From: Podarcis liolepis
Lineage: Eukaryota
Assembly (NCBI GenBank): GCA_965112155.1
Contig: OZ218100.1
DNA: 64,000 bases
Reading direction: 5' to 3' (one strand)
Numbering within the stretch: position 1 is the first letter of the stretch; each line of letters opens with the position of its first letter. Position numbers and translations under genes: made by a program. This document shows, in pieces, positions 1-12,810 of this stretch. The notes under the pieces are model-generated. The model was not told the DNA's origin and made no database searches. It worked only from the letters and a program-made list of their open reading frames with translations.

Positions 1-154
1 AATGTGTTCTACTGATGGTTCTCCCATTTCTAACCATTTTTCCAGAATTGGAATCTCAAGCTTGTTACGCTAGTATGATTCATGTGAAGATTGCATAACA
101 TTAATGATTTTCTTAGATGCACATAACCTTACAAAGAAGAAAAAGGGATCTCAC

Positions 155-251
155 CTTCTACAATATGATCAGCCTCTTCAAATCCTTTCTGGATGTTCCC
201 TTTCTCAATCTTCCTCACAAGCTCAAAGAAGGACTGTTTTTCAATGGCTTC
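155..251 (-). CDS. XDH: XDH exon 20 (EAIEKQSFFELVRKIEKGNIQKGFEEADHIVE); gene continues beyond window start
   Basis: 97 nt; cag|...|gtgaga; KG...GFEEADH motif. Confidence 0.94.
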
Positions 252-1730
252 CTGGGAAAATTACAGGAAAATGATGGATATTTGGAAGTGCAACAGACAG
301 CTTGGCTTGCTGTGTATAGATGCCCTCGAATCTCTGCCTTTCCATTCTGCTTGATAAAGTGCTGCATAACTTAGCCATGGTTGGGTCACTTCTAAATCAT
401 AACCTCACCTATTTTGCATCTGGGATTAGGGGCAATACAGAACAGAGATCCTCTACTTTTGACAGTTGTGTGGAAGAAAAAACACTTTGGTGAAGCAGTG
501 TAAGTGTTGAGGGGTGAAAAAAGCAGCACACAACCCAATTCCGTTCTTCACAACTCCCAGAGCTTCAAGATCCATCTCTTTATTGGATGCAGTCACCCTA
601 CTTGGATCTCCTATTCATCAGGATTAACATCAGTATCTAACCCTGCTGCTGAAATAAGTGCAACAGACTTCCACTCACATGACAGGACTTCCCTTTACTC
701 ACTTCCACAGTGCAGCCTCTAGCATGCCCTCAAAATCTTCTCCAGAGGTTTGCAGGACCTCCAGGGCAGGTTTTGAGGGTGTATGGTGGGTTGCAAGATG
801 GAGAAGAGGAAGTGGACCTCTAGATACTGTGCAGAAGTCCACCTGCCCAGCATTGGATATAAACTGGATAAAATGACAAGCGGTGTCCCTGCTGGAGCTA
901 AGCAAGTCTGGGTCCAGCCAACGCTTGGATAGGAGACAATCTAGGACCATCAGCTCAGGGATATAGGTTGTATGGCTCTGGCCTATAAGGAATGGGCTTT
1001 ATGCATGTAGGACAACACAATGGAATAGGGGCCAACATCTGTATGTCAGAAGGGGCCCAAGAGCAGAAAAAGACTGCCCCCTATGGACAGAAGACAGGCT
1101 ATACACATATAGCACAGAGACAGTAGTTGTATGGATCTAAATAAATTATTAAATAAAAGGAATATTCTGTGTCTTAATTCTCTCTTTCTATTTTCACCCA
1201 TCCATATCAGAATCATAGTAGTAAAAACTCAAATAGCTGCCTCCAAAGGATTTTTTAAAAAATCTCGACTAATCATTTAGAAGGGTGCTGGGAAGTTTTT
1301 GCCTCTGCACATGAGTCTGAGAATGTTCTGATCAGTTCACATTGAGTTCAGTACCCTGACCTGTTCTTAATGCATTGTTGACCACATCTACGGAATGCAG
1401 TTGTTATGTTCTGTCATGTCATGCAATATCAATCATTAGTAACAGTTTAAGTCTTGATATTCAATCACTAGTTATAATTTAATTAGGAGGTTTTCATGCC
1501 TGTCTAGTTCTGTGCTCCCTTTCCCAGCCTTTAATCTATTGGTGATTAATGCCTTTGCTTTGTACTTGTGTTAACCAATCAGCAATAAGCACATACGTGG
1601 CAATTGCTGTAATATTCAATAAAAGGGACTCCTCGAGACTTGCTCAAAAGATGCCTCCCACATGACACTTGCTACTCGTCTGTCGGTTATTTCAACCCAA
1701 CAGAAGGGGATTGCATTAGTGTCACCTTAC

Positions 1731-1850
1731 CTCAATGGTGACAATCGGCGTAAGGTCTTCATATGTGATCTTCACTGCTCTGGCAGCTCTTCGGGAATGT
1801 TCTTGTGTGTCTGCCAATATTCCACCAATGATGTGGCCAACGCATGTGAC
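1731..1850 (-). CDS. XDH: XDH exon 19 ([40 protein letters not shown])
   Basis: 120 nt; VTCVGHIIG motif. Confidence 0.96.
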
Positions 1851-3075
1851 CTACAAGTCAAAAGACTTCAGTTTATTCACTGACTTCTGGGAATCTCAGT
1901 TCTGTTTTGTTCTTTGTGCTGTGGCGTTTAATTTTGGACACAGTATCTTTGAAATGCATATTCATTTAAAGGGGGTGGGGCAGGATTTTGAATTAAGATA
2001 TGCAGTTAAATAACAGTAGGAGGTAAAACTTCAATGCACACAATCAGAAGTGACCCACTGAGTTCAAGTGGAAGTACTTGTTTTTCACATAACAGTAGAC
2101 AAGATGGAAGCCTTGCACAATATGTCTGCACCAGCTCGATTCCCCTTGATTATCATTTCAAGTACAGCAAGTTTGTGCCTTATCCTATTTTCTGCCATTC
2201 ATTCCCATGCTTAGAATTCTACTAACAAGTTCCTGACATGAATAACTGTTAATACTTCATCAGGGAGGCATCAACATCTTGCAATTAGTTTGCAGGTTAT
2301 CTGTGCAATTATTTTAATTCCAGCCCTTGTCCCACGTATCCTCCTTCATTAGTAGAGGTTCTCTTCAATTTTTTCTTTTCTTTTCTTTTTTTGAACATGC
2401 ATAAATCTACTAATTCACTACAGAATTTCTTCTATTAATTTCTGAAGGGGAGTACGGGGGTGAAAAGGTACTGGAAGCCTTTAGGTAGGAAACAAGCAAA
2501 TATTTGGGAATATCCTTTCTAAAGAACAGGCAGATGGATTTTATCTCCTGATCTCAAGCATTATAGCATTAAGCTTGGAGAGAAAGACCTCTGCCTCCTC
2601 TTCAAGGGTAAAAAAAACCAGCATCCCCCCACCAACTCAGCAGTTAATGCAGTCTGAAATGCTGACTTGAAGTGGAGATTCAGGGTACTCTCTGTGTGTC
2701 TCCTATCTTATCTCCAGTCTTGGCTGCAAGTCCTGGAAGACCTGCTCCCTGCCTTGCAGGCCTTTTCCACCTGGCATGGGAAAGCAAGGCCCTGACTGAC
2801 TCCAACTACAAAAGCTGAGGTGGCTGAACAGACTCTTGGTCTGGGGTATTGTTTGGAGAGGGGTGTTGTTGCTGTTTAAAGATACAATATCAATATCCGA
2901 GGAGAAGGAGGAGGAGATTTGTGGTACTTTGTGCTTTATTTACAGATCAGGAGATCTTAGAAAGCAGTTGGGGCTGGTAGGCCAAATCTGGCCCAGAGTC
3001 TGAGGGTTACCCACTCTTGCCTTAGCTACAGCTTTGCACATTTTACAAAAGGAAGGAAAAAAGGTAACTACATAC

Positions 3076-3199
3076 AGTGTCCTTTGCAAAGACGGTTTCA
3101 TCATTAGCAATCCCAGTGACGTTACTCCCTGGAACATCCTTAGCGGAGACAAAACAGACAAAACCAGGGACATTCTGGGCCTCTGTGGTGTCAATAGAA
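3076..3199 (-). CDS. XDH: XDH exon 18 ([41 protein letters not shown])
   Basis: 124 nt; DVPGSN..G..NDETVFA motif. Confidence 0.96.
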
Positions 3200-3564
3200 C
3201 TGAGGAAACAGAACAGCACAGAGAAGCATTACTCTATGTTATCTAGCCCCACAGCTCACATAAGCAGTCTCTGAAGAAAGGATTCCCTAGAGAAAGTTTG
3301 GCCAAAGTCCCAAAGCCTAAGTTGCCCAGCTGCCATGTGGCAGACTGGAGTCATAGCACAGTTTGACTCTTCCAGCCCATCATCTTGCAAGCTACTCTCA
3401 GTGATGGAAACTGGCTACATGTTGTTGTTGTTTTGTAATATTCTTGAGAGTGGAGGAGGCAGAGGTGCCTGGTGCCTCTGAAGTGATCCTCTAACTGCCA
3501 GAGTGGTGGGCACTCGGCTATCACTAGTGTAAGGAAATATATCTGTTGCAGAAGCAATACGTAC

Positions 3565-3734
3565 ACAATCTTGGCATGGGCTTTGGTGCTGGTAACTAGT
3601 GTTAGGTACAGCTCATTCTCGTAGTGAGGAATGTCATCACAATAGACTGCCTCCCCACTTGCTTGCTTGGCAGCTGAAAGATGCACAAGGGGTCTCCCCA
3701 CCATGTCTTCAACAGACTGTCCAGGAGGCACTTC
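3565..3734 (-). CDS. XDH: XDH exon 17 ([36 protein letters not shown]...TSTKAHAKI)
   Basis: [10 protein letters not shown] motif at the start of the Mo-pterin domain; 170 nt. Confidence 0.97.
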
Positions 3735-4082
3735 CTGTAACAAAACCAAAGGCTGGTCATACATGCCCAGGACTAGTGGTCAAATGTTGATGCTAATATT
3801 GCTGGCAAATATAGTAACTTCTCCAAAGTCTAAAATTCCAGTACTGGCAGTGGGGCCATGAGGATGCTTAGAGCAATCATCATCATCACATTCAGCCTCA
3901 TGGAGAGCTTGTTCTATGCAGGAAGAAGTGCTCATTTACACAAATAAATAAGAGGAAAGAAAGCCAAAGTAAGAATGGGAATAAGTTCTTGATCAATGAG
4001 ACCTGGGGAACTGAGACAAAGAGTAGCACATTTTATAGAGCTGGGAACTGGAAGTCATGCTCATTTGGTTCCTCTTACTCAC

Positions 4083-4172
4083 CTGGAAAAACTGTACATT
4101 TTTAACAGGATCCTTGTGAAATAATTGAGTAGCACTGGCATACCTAGCAGGGACCGTATCAGCAAGATTATT
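4083..4172 (-). CDS. XDH: XDH exon 16 (NNLADTVPARYASATQLFHKDPVKNVQFFQ), FAD-Mo linker
   Basis: 90 nt; cag|...|gtgagt; SAT.LF.KDP linker motif. Confidence 0.94.
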
Positions 4173-4261
4173 CTGTAAAAACATATTTGAAATCCAGTGT
4201 AAGTCTACTCATATGCCTCTTGCATCTTATTTTTAAAAACAAACAAACCCAAAAACTTATG

Positions 4262-4461
4262 CAAAACAAAAAAATTCCTTCCAGTAGCACCTTAAAGACC
4301 AACTAAGTTAGTTCTTGGTATGAGCTTTCGTGTACAAGCACACTTCTTCAGATACACACGAAAGCTCATACCAAGAACTAACTTAGTTGGTCTTTAAGGT
4401 GCTACTGGAAGGAATTTTTTTGTTTTGACTATGGCAGACCAACACGGCTACCTATCTGTAA
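4262..4461. mobile_element. Penelope-like element terminal fragment with inverted pLTR duplication
   Basis: Perfect 72-bp inverted repeat (4262-4333 / 4356-4427); 13-bp TSD CCAAAAACTTATG (4249-4261 / 4462-4474); hammerhead motif. Confidence 0.8.
4318..4355 (-). ncRNA. Minimal type I hammerhead ribozyme motif (Penelope-associated)
   Basis: GTAT-CTGAAGA-A-GTGTG(CTTG)TACAC-GAA-AGCT-C-ATAC: stem I, core, stem II, palindromic stem III, CUC cleavage triplet. Confidence 0.75.
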
Positions 4462-4990
4462 CCAAAAACTTATGAACAGCTAATACTACCTATGCAACTT
4501 TCCCTCTTTGTGACTTGTGTAAAAAATCAAATCACCCAAAGTTCCAGTTTTGGTCCATCACTAACTGTTAGAGGAGTGATTTGAGTAAGGAGCAAGTCCC
4601 CTTTTCCTTTCCAGATTTCCCCCTTTCCCTCCTCCTCCTCTTTTAGTCTGTTATGACAACTGCCTACTATAGACCATGCCAGAAAGCTTCAAGGACCCAG
4701 AACCTACAGTGCAAAACACCTACCACAAAAGACATTTCCTCTGTTATGGAGATGGGCAACTTGTGGCTTTCCACGTATTGTTGGACTACCAGTCCCATCA
4801 TTCTTGTTAATTGGCTATGCCTGCTGGGGCTGATGGGAGTCCAACAATATTGAAAGAACCACAGGTACCCCATTCCAGCCTTCTCGTATGCCAATTTCTA
4901 AAGGAACCCCTAGAACTCAATAGAATCTGTCTCTACACACTATGGATTCCTGCTGAACCCTCAACCCAGCTAGAGGATGGAACCACTCAC

Positions 4991-5165
4991 GTTGCCATTG
5001 AGTTCCCTGCCTAATTTCTGAAGCACCGTGAGATAGAACTTGAAGAAGAAGCTGAGGACAAGGGTCCGTCGGAAGTCCACCATGCCACCCGGGGCTGAAG
5101 GGGACAGGTTCATCTCGCCAGCCAGCAGGCAACAGGCTTCCTGCAAGAGCTTTTCCTTCCACTCC
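4991..5165 (-). CDS. XDH: XDH exon 15 ([11 protein letters not shown]...[35 protein letters not shown])
   Basis: [18 protein letters not shown] motif; 175 nt. Confidence 0.97.
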
Positions 5166-6149
5166 CTGTAGGAGCATAAACCATGAATTAACCCAAAACT
5201 CATTTCATTTGTTCCACAGTCTTTAGGCCAGGTCAGGGGAGTTGTAACCCTCCGGATTATGTGGGGTTCTCCAGGTCCCATCAACTCTAGTCAGCATGGT
5301 CAGGAATGATGGGAGTTGTAGTCTAACAACATAAGGATAGGAACAGGTTCCCCATTGCTAACTTAGACTATGTTTATCTCCAATGCATCTGCATCGCTGA
5401 TGGGGTAAGGGCAAAAAGAACCAGCGGTGTCAACATTTATCTTGTATTTATCTTGTATTTTCATCTTGTGAACTGCCCCAAGATCTTTTGATGAAGGGTG
5501 GTATACAAATCTAAGAAATACAAAATAAATAAAAACACGGTAGCAGAAACTGTCAGCAAGGGGTTTGGCATCCAAGACTCTCTTGCAGGTACATGATGTT
5601 ATTAGGTTGGTTTTTTTTCCTTGAAGGGGTAGGACATATGCAAAGACCCTTCTAACCCCTGGATCCAGCATGCTTTGAAATATAAGCCACACCAGCTTCC
5701 TGATGAGGTGATCACCCAGGCGATGGGCCATGAAGGGGAATAATGAAAAGGGGGTCTGTGTGAGATGGCAAATGTGCCCTCAGCTCACGGATAGTTAGAA
5801 AGACAATGTGAGAGTTGAAGAGTGAAGTGATGTGAGCCAGAAGAAAAAGCAGCAAGCTGGAAAGAGAGATAGAGAAACTGTTTGAATCCGAGGCTGCAAG
5901 ATGGACGAAGCAAGGCCCTTTTTGGGGTGTTAATGCTGTGAACCTCTCCATTGTAGGCTCAAGGTTGTATATATGTGTCAATAAACCATATATCATAAAG
6001 ACACCACAGTCTCCACTGGGCCACATTCTGAAGAAAATGTAAACCCTGGGAATGCTGGGAACTCCTGGAGCCTTGCACCACGTGGAGATTGGGGTGGTGT
6101 GCAACAATAATTTCCTCTGTTACACAACACCAGGGTCTAATTCTCCTAC

Positions 6150-6334
6150 CTTCCAATGAGCTCCTGACACGTTTTGACAGCCAATACAGTTGTGGGAGCC
6201 ATTCCTCCATAGCTCAGCTTAATATCTTGCACTTGATCAGTTCCTTCTTGAAAGAGGACTCTCATCCCACAGGTCACTATAGCAATGTCATCCTCCCGCC
6301 TTGAAGCTTGCTTGAATGCTGAGAAATATTCACC
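6150..6334 (-). CDS. XDH: XDH exon 14 ([26 protein letters not shown]...[20 protein letters not shown])
   Basis: [11 protein letters not shown] motif; 185 nt. Confidence 0.97.
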
Positions 6335-7799
6335 CTAGGAGAAGAAAAGGAAACAAATGTTGGCCTCAATTTGTTCTCTTTGAGCACAAGTGGGATCAAG
6401 AGAATGGACAGGTTCATAGTCCATTTCTATACCCAGAACTAAAAACCAGAAAGTTCCCAAAAATATGTACTTCATTTTCAACCCAGGGCAGCAAGTGCAA
6501 AAAAAGCAGCTGTTAATGCATATCAACAATATTAGCCATTCATTTGTTCATTTGCTCGTTCATTTGTTTGTTCATTTGTTCGTTTGTTTGTTTGCTGCCC
6601 ATCTGACTGGGTTGCCCCAGCCACTCTGGGCAGCTCCCCACAAAAAAATAGTAAAAACACAAGACAACATCACACACTAAATTCATTCTGCAACTTAGAC
6701 CTCTTCACTAAACAGCGCATAAAATTAATGTGTAAGGCTAGTTGTTCACGTACTTCCTTCTCTATGAACACTGGTCACTAACAGAAAAGTTAGCAAAGTT
6801 TTGAGTGGGTTTTGGATAGCAAAGTTTTGAGTGGGTTAAAGTAGCCCCGGGCTAGCTGACTATCCATTACCTCTAGTATCAGAATTTAGTGTTTCGTGCC
6901 CAGTTTGCCATGCAGTCAAGTGGCACTACCACATGTAAGATGGCAGAAAAAGCTGCAGTCTTGGACAAGGTTACTTCCAAATGAGACTTCTTCAAACGAG
7001 CAGGATTTAATGTTGTTTTATGTATGCACAGCAGAGGGTGCTGTGAGCTATATTTCTAAAAAGCAAAATTCACTAACTGGCAGACAGAATCACAGAACTG
7101 TAGAAATAGGAAGGAGGTTAAACCAGACATGGGGAACCTGTGGACAGATGTTGTGAAACTTCAACTCCCATCTACCCCAGCAAGCATGCCTAAGGGTCAG
7201 GGATCAGGGGAGCTGTACTCTCACAATAGCTGGAGGACCACAGATGCCTCATCCCTGGATTAAACCACCCCACTGCAACAATTCAAAACATAAGTGTTTG
7301 GGTCGTCCTTTGCACTATTTGTACTGAGTCTCAAACTACACTGCTGCACGTTCCTGCAAAGCAGGCAAGAGATTCCTCCCAAGGCTGATATAACACTGGA
7401 AAAGGGAAATCTAATCAACGGTTTCATGCAGTCAGTGCCAGTTTCTATCTTGCACTATGAGACACAGCACCTCTGGGGTCCATATTGCTCTGCCCTGAAA
7501 AATAATGCAAGGACATATCACTTTAGAGCATGGAGTAGTTGTTTTTCAAACTTTCCACTGAATGTAGTTCTTCTGTTTGTTGTATTTCAGAGGATAGGCT
7601 TTAGGGCACTTACTTCTCAGCTTCTTCCCTTAATCCTCCAGTGATTACAGAGGGGCAGGACCAAACCAGACCAGTCAGTGAACTTGGCGGGGGGGGGGGG
7701 GTCAATTGTTAAAGGCAACAGGACTCCTGCACAGTCACTACATAACAGACTCTGACTATATATCCATGAATAGACTTTTGTGACAGCAAACCCAGGCTT

Positions 7800-7800
<1 letters not shown>

Positions 7801-7831
<31 letters not shown>
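7801..7831. repeat. (TGAT)n microsatellite
   Basis: About 7 perfect units. Confidence 0.9.
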
Positions 7832-8990
7832 CTCTCTCACAAGTGTGTCCATATCCTCCATGTCTATCTCAGCCATGCTTTAATTTATTTATTTTTACAT
7901 GTACACCTAAATTCATGAAGTGCAAATCAGCCTGATTCACTGAGAGAGGAGGTCACAATCTTTGCCCATCTTTTCCCAGGACAGCAACTCTGACCGAGTT
8001 ACATTTCTACAGGTAGGTGGTAACAAAGCCACTTGGCTCTGATTAATATATTGGAAAGCAAAGGACTCAGCAGGGGAAGGGGATATGCCTGCCTTCCATT
8101 TAGAGTAGAGGTGGGGAATCTCTGGCCCTCCAGGCATTGTACTGTAACTCCCAACATCCCTGACTATTGAGTGTGCCTGTTGGGAGGAGGAATGTGAGTT
8201 CCTCACCCCTGAATTACAGGTTCATTCTGGTCCCTCATTTGTGGCACAGAAACAGTTATTCCATGCCAACTTAATAACGGTATACTCTATTGGAACAAGT
8301 GCTGAATCCTTGAGAACAAAGAAAACCTAAAATAAATATTACATGACCTCACTTAAAATCAATGGAATTCCATTGCTGGAAAACTACTGTATGCTGGAGG
8401 AGTTCAAGAGGGACTTGTCCTCAACTAACCCTTACAATTTATTCCCAAACAAATGCTTTCACTTCAGTCAAAAAGAGGAACAAACTTGGTTCCTTTAACT
8501 AGCTGCCTTGAGTTTCCTTGAAAATTAGGCTAACTTCCCCCCCAAATAAATAAATAAATACATGAATAAATAATACCATTTTAAATATAAGGGCTGATCC
8601 TGAGCAACTATCAAAAAATATTAATCAATGGGCTCTTTTCCCAGAAGTAGGGCCTGAGAAGCAATGGGAGCTGGATAATGTGGTAATCTCTTTCTCTCTG
8701 TGTGTGTGTTACATACATACTCCTTCTTGTGCATATTTCAAAATGTCCCAGGGTTGCACTTCACTTGAAGTAGCTGGGGAGTATATTGGTTATTTTCTAG
8801 GAACTAGTCTTTCCTTCATTTTCCTTTCATTTTTGTAATCTTCCTGCATTCCTGAGGAATCATAACATACCCACCTTTCCTTCAAGGATGGATCAGTAGA
8901 ACCAAGAGAGATTTTGCCTTCCCATTAAAGTAACTGTTGCTCTCTACCTAGCTTTCAAAGCAATGCTATACTGTATTCCAATCACCTCAC

Positions 8991-9100
8991 CTTCCTGCTG
9001 AAGGGAATCTCAACCGAGAGCAATATTTCCTGAGGTTTAAGCTTAGTCTTCCTATAACCAGTGAAGAATGTCTCGTCCATCCTTATAGTCCTCCTTCCCT
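8991..9100 (-). CDS. XDH: XDH exon 13 ([36 protein letters not shown])
   Basis: FFTGYRK motif, associated with NAD use in XDH and absent from aldehyde oxidases; 110 nt. Confidence 0.97.
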
Positions 9101-10367
9101 CTGCAAAAAAAAAAAGACAGTACATAGTGGGTGGAATGTGTAGGGAAATCATATTCCATTTCATTCATTCTTACTATGGAGCTATACTTAATGGAAGAAT
9201 ATATTCTAGCAGCTACAGTCATGCTGTAAAGTATATTCCCATAATGTGTGTGCTTTTTCTCTTGTGTACTGTCAGGTACTGACTGGCATCAGCATCTTTT
9301 TGCATGGTTAGGGTCTCCCGAAGACCACTCTAAATGGGTTAAGCAGGACATCCTTGCTGACAAAACTTGGGAAGTCAAAATCATGAACCCAGGACAGGCA
9401 GAAATTGGTATCAAGTCAGAGGCTAAAAGGAGGCACTGTTGTGGCAGGGGGCATCCCCAGCATGGGGAGACCCCAAAGGAGTAACATCCTTTAGGGAGGA
9501 GCAAGGGGTGGGGATTCTCTTGGTTGTATTAGCGTTGATTTTTCTCTCTGGGTGAGAGCCAAGGAGGGAGGGATGTTGGGTGGGGTAGCCACATTTGAGA
9601 GGCAGGTTGGTTTCATATATACACCCTAAGTGTTTGTGGTTATGTGATGGCTTCAGTGGGAATCTGGCGTGAGAGGCAACAGGGAAGGAGATGATTGTCA
9701 ACAGGAGAGTTGCACCCTGCAAGCTTTAATGAGAGGGTTTTGTCTGAGCACCTTCTCATATATGATCAAACCCAGCTTGCCAAAGCACAACCACAGAGGG
9801 GTGGTGTGGGTGTGTTAGGGAACACACTTAAGCTCACAAGTACAGTTGCCCAACACTATTCCATGTGAACTGAGTGTGCACCCATGAACTGGTCCAACAA
9901 TCCTCTTTAATGGTCAAAGATTCTGTGACAGGAATGCAGAGGTTCCTTGACAGACATTGATCTGCGAACAGTGTAAACATTTTTTGACCACTTGGATACA
10001 CCATTGCATATGAGCTACCAATACTGCCAAATACAAAATACTGCCTCATATCAACTCCCAAACACTGCAAAATTTCAAACATTGATATCAATGAAAATAT
10101 CTGGAGGGCATTTAGAGACTATCTGTGCATTCAGAGTGACCTGGAAAAGACTCACCATCAAAATCAACAAAGCAAAAGAAGGATCTACTAGAGCAATGCT
10201 ACCAAGTGTTGTCCACCAAAGCTGATGGAAACAACAGGCGCTGCAGTGCTACCTGATTCACCCCAGAAAGAACCGAGGTACAAAATTCCCTGGGCTGTTA
10301 TCATTGTCCTAAGTGAGCCAGAAGATGGTTGGTGATGCACCATCTGCCATTCTTACTTAAAGCTTAC

Positions 10368-10461
10368 CATTTGATGCCAAGGTCAGTTTGCTCCCACTTG
10401 CCATAAACACTGGATTTAGGTCAGATATTGGACTTGCAGTCATTATATTTCCCCCAAGAGC
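10368..10461 (-). CDS. XDH: XDH exon 12 ([31 protein letters not shown])
   Basis: [13 protein letters not shown] motif; 94 nt. Confidence 0.97.
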
Positions 10462-11441
10462 CTGAAACCAAATACAGAACATGGTTGGGTTAGAAAGCAG
10501 CTGGAAAGACATTGTGAGAATACTTCTTTCCTTTAAACACTGTTACTGAATTATCAAATCCGGGCGGGGGCAGCACCCAACACAGGGGTGGAGCAACATG
10601 AGTGAGGGATCTGCTGGAGCCCAAGCCAGTCCACTTGCAGGAACGGGACCCAATCTAAGCCTCTCTCTGCCTACTGTATACTCCATATGCCATTGGATCT
10701 CAGCTCCCATCAGATCCAGACAACAATCAGGGGTGAGGAGAGCGTGGTATCAGAGACAATATATGTCTGGATACCAACTGCTGTGAATTACTAGTGAGGA
10801 GACTGCATTCAGGTCCTGCTCGCAGGCTTGCCCAGGGCATCTGGTCGGCCACTGTGAAAACGGGCTGCTGGACCAGATGGACCTATGAGCTGATCCATCA
10901 GGGCTTTTTTGAGGTTCCCCAGCCCTACTCTAGAGCTCTCTTGCTCAGTGCCTTTCCCCAACACCAGCACTTCTCACCTATAATGCCCCTTCATGTGAGT
11001 AATGTGCAAAGGGCCTAGAGTCAAACTGGAAGTAAAACTGCAAAGCAAGGCAAGATTCAAAGGAAAGGCCTGCTATTTTCTCATTTGAGTCTTTCCGCAC
11101 TTCCAGATAGGCTGTTTATTTATTTTTTAACAACAAATAACAACAAATTACTAGCCTGCACTTCAGTGCAATTATTGTTCCACTTTTCTGACTGTGAGTC
11201 ATCTGACAAAAAAAAAAAGTGACAGAAAATTGCACTGGAAACTGCAGCATAGCAACTGATAGCTGTCAGTATCATATAACCTCCATGCAAACACGTCAGG
11301 ATGAATGAGCAACAGGCACAGGCACCGTATAATCTTGTGCAAGTTTGTGCAAATGTATTGGCATGAAGTCTCAAGGAACAACTGTCCTGAAAGCTGCCTT
11401 TGCTCACATCAAAAGGAAAAAAAGGTCTTGAGAGCACTTAC

Positions 11442-11593
11442 AGCAACATTTCGGATCTGAGGCCCTGCAAACCACCTCAGTTGTTCTAGGACCGCTTGAA
11501 ACACCTCTGATTTGTAAGGAGGAAGGTGAGCCACCGCTTTTTGCAGAACCTCTTCCATGTGGCTCAGAGTGCATGAGGCTCCAAAACTAATTC
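11442..11593 (-). CDS. XDH: XDH exon 11 ([16 protein letters not shown]...[16 protein letters not shown])
   Basis: LRWFAG..IRNVA motif; 152 nt. Confidence 0.96.
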
Positions 11594-11687
11594 CTGGAAA
11601 AACAGAGACACGAGAGGGATTTGGCTGGTAGCTATAACGTAGTCTCTCAAGATGAAAGAGCTGCCCGGAGGCATTGGCAAGCCTTGG

Positions 11688-12002
11688 CAGTGGTGTCGCA
11701 ATGGGGGGGTGGGGGGCGGTATGCCCTGGGTTCCATGTCTACAGGGGTGACAAGAAGCCACCCCGCAGGGGCTCGTGGCGGTGCAAGCAGCCATCGTGCC
11801 GCTGCATCCACCTTTGGAGGATCCTCCGTTTGCGGCTGCAGCCTCAAGCAGAGGATCCCGGCACCATCCGTAAGGCACTGGAGCGGCGCCAGCGGCAAAC
11901 CGCTATACAGCATATACGCATGCGTCATATGTAGCGATGCCGCACGTGCACCCTACGTAGTGACGCCTGCCCCAGGTGTCACGACACCTTCCTTCGCCCC
12001 TG
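11688..12002. mobile_element. CpG-rich hAT-type non-autonomous element
   Basis: CAGTGG...CCCCTG termini; 7/8 TSD AGCCTTGG / GGCCTTGG. Confidence 0.7.
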
Positions 12003-12717
12003 GGCCTTGGTAGTATTTTAAGACCTCTAAACCAAGAGGCTGTGGCTTCTTGGAAGCATTTTATTACCTTCAGCTTATATCTTGGGAGTTCCTGGGGCAC
12101 CAGGAACTCTAAGCACAGTTAAAGGATGTTAAAGCTGTCAGAATGTCAAGTTCAATGGAGACGGGTCAATTTGGCCATATGAGGCAGTGCCCAACCTGTG
12201 CTGGTCTCCCTGCCTTCTTCTCCACCAGCCCCAATGGGCATCAGCCACCACTGAGCCAGTTGCCACATTTAGAGGATGCAGAGGCAGGAAACTATTTCAG
12301 ATGTGCCATTTTTTGCGAGAAAGGCAAGGAGTGACTGAATCTATGCTGTGCTGGGTGTATTATCAGCGCAGACAGACACAGACACACTACAACATGGGGG
12401 TTCACTCCCTTAAAGAAAAAAATGAGGCGGTTTGTTCAGCAGCATGCTCACTAATAGTATGCAAAGTAGACAATTATTTTCATTTTGGAACTGCCTACAT
12501 AAATGCAAGCGGTACACCTTGGCCTCAGGAACAAAGAAGGCATCAGAGCAGGGGATCCACCTACTCACTAGATCAGTAGTGGGCGGGAGACAGGCCTGTG
12601 GACCTAATTAGTGACAAATCAACATCCAGAATCCTTTGCATTGCTTAGAAGTCTTTCCTTGCACATTCCTCAGGCCCACGGCCTGTCTCCTGAGGCGATA
12701 AGCATGTTGCTACTTAC

Positions 12718-12810
12718 CCTCCTCTGTGTGCTGAACAGAGTTCATTTCAGGGATCCAAGTTGGTGCTATGATCACAGGGTACAGCATGTTCTTTAACCGC
12801 ATTTCAATAC
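12718..12810 (-). CDS. XDH: XDH exon 10 ([30 protein letters not shown])
   Basis: 93 nt; unusual gag| acceptor; gtaagt donor; frame consistent with neighbours. Confidence 0.94.

Noticed and set aside
5550-6106. Possible solo LTR in intron 14 (and a similar block at about 9270-9830)
   Set aside because: LTR-like composition, but I could not identify matching termini or a TSD
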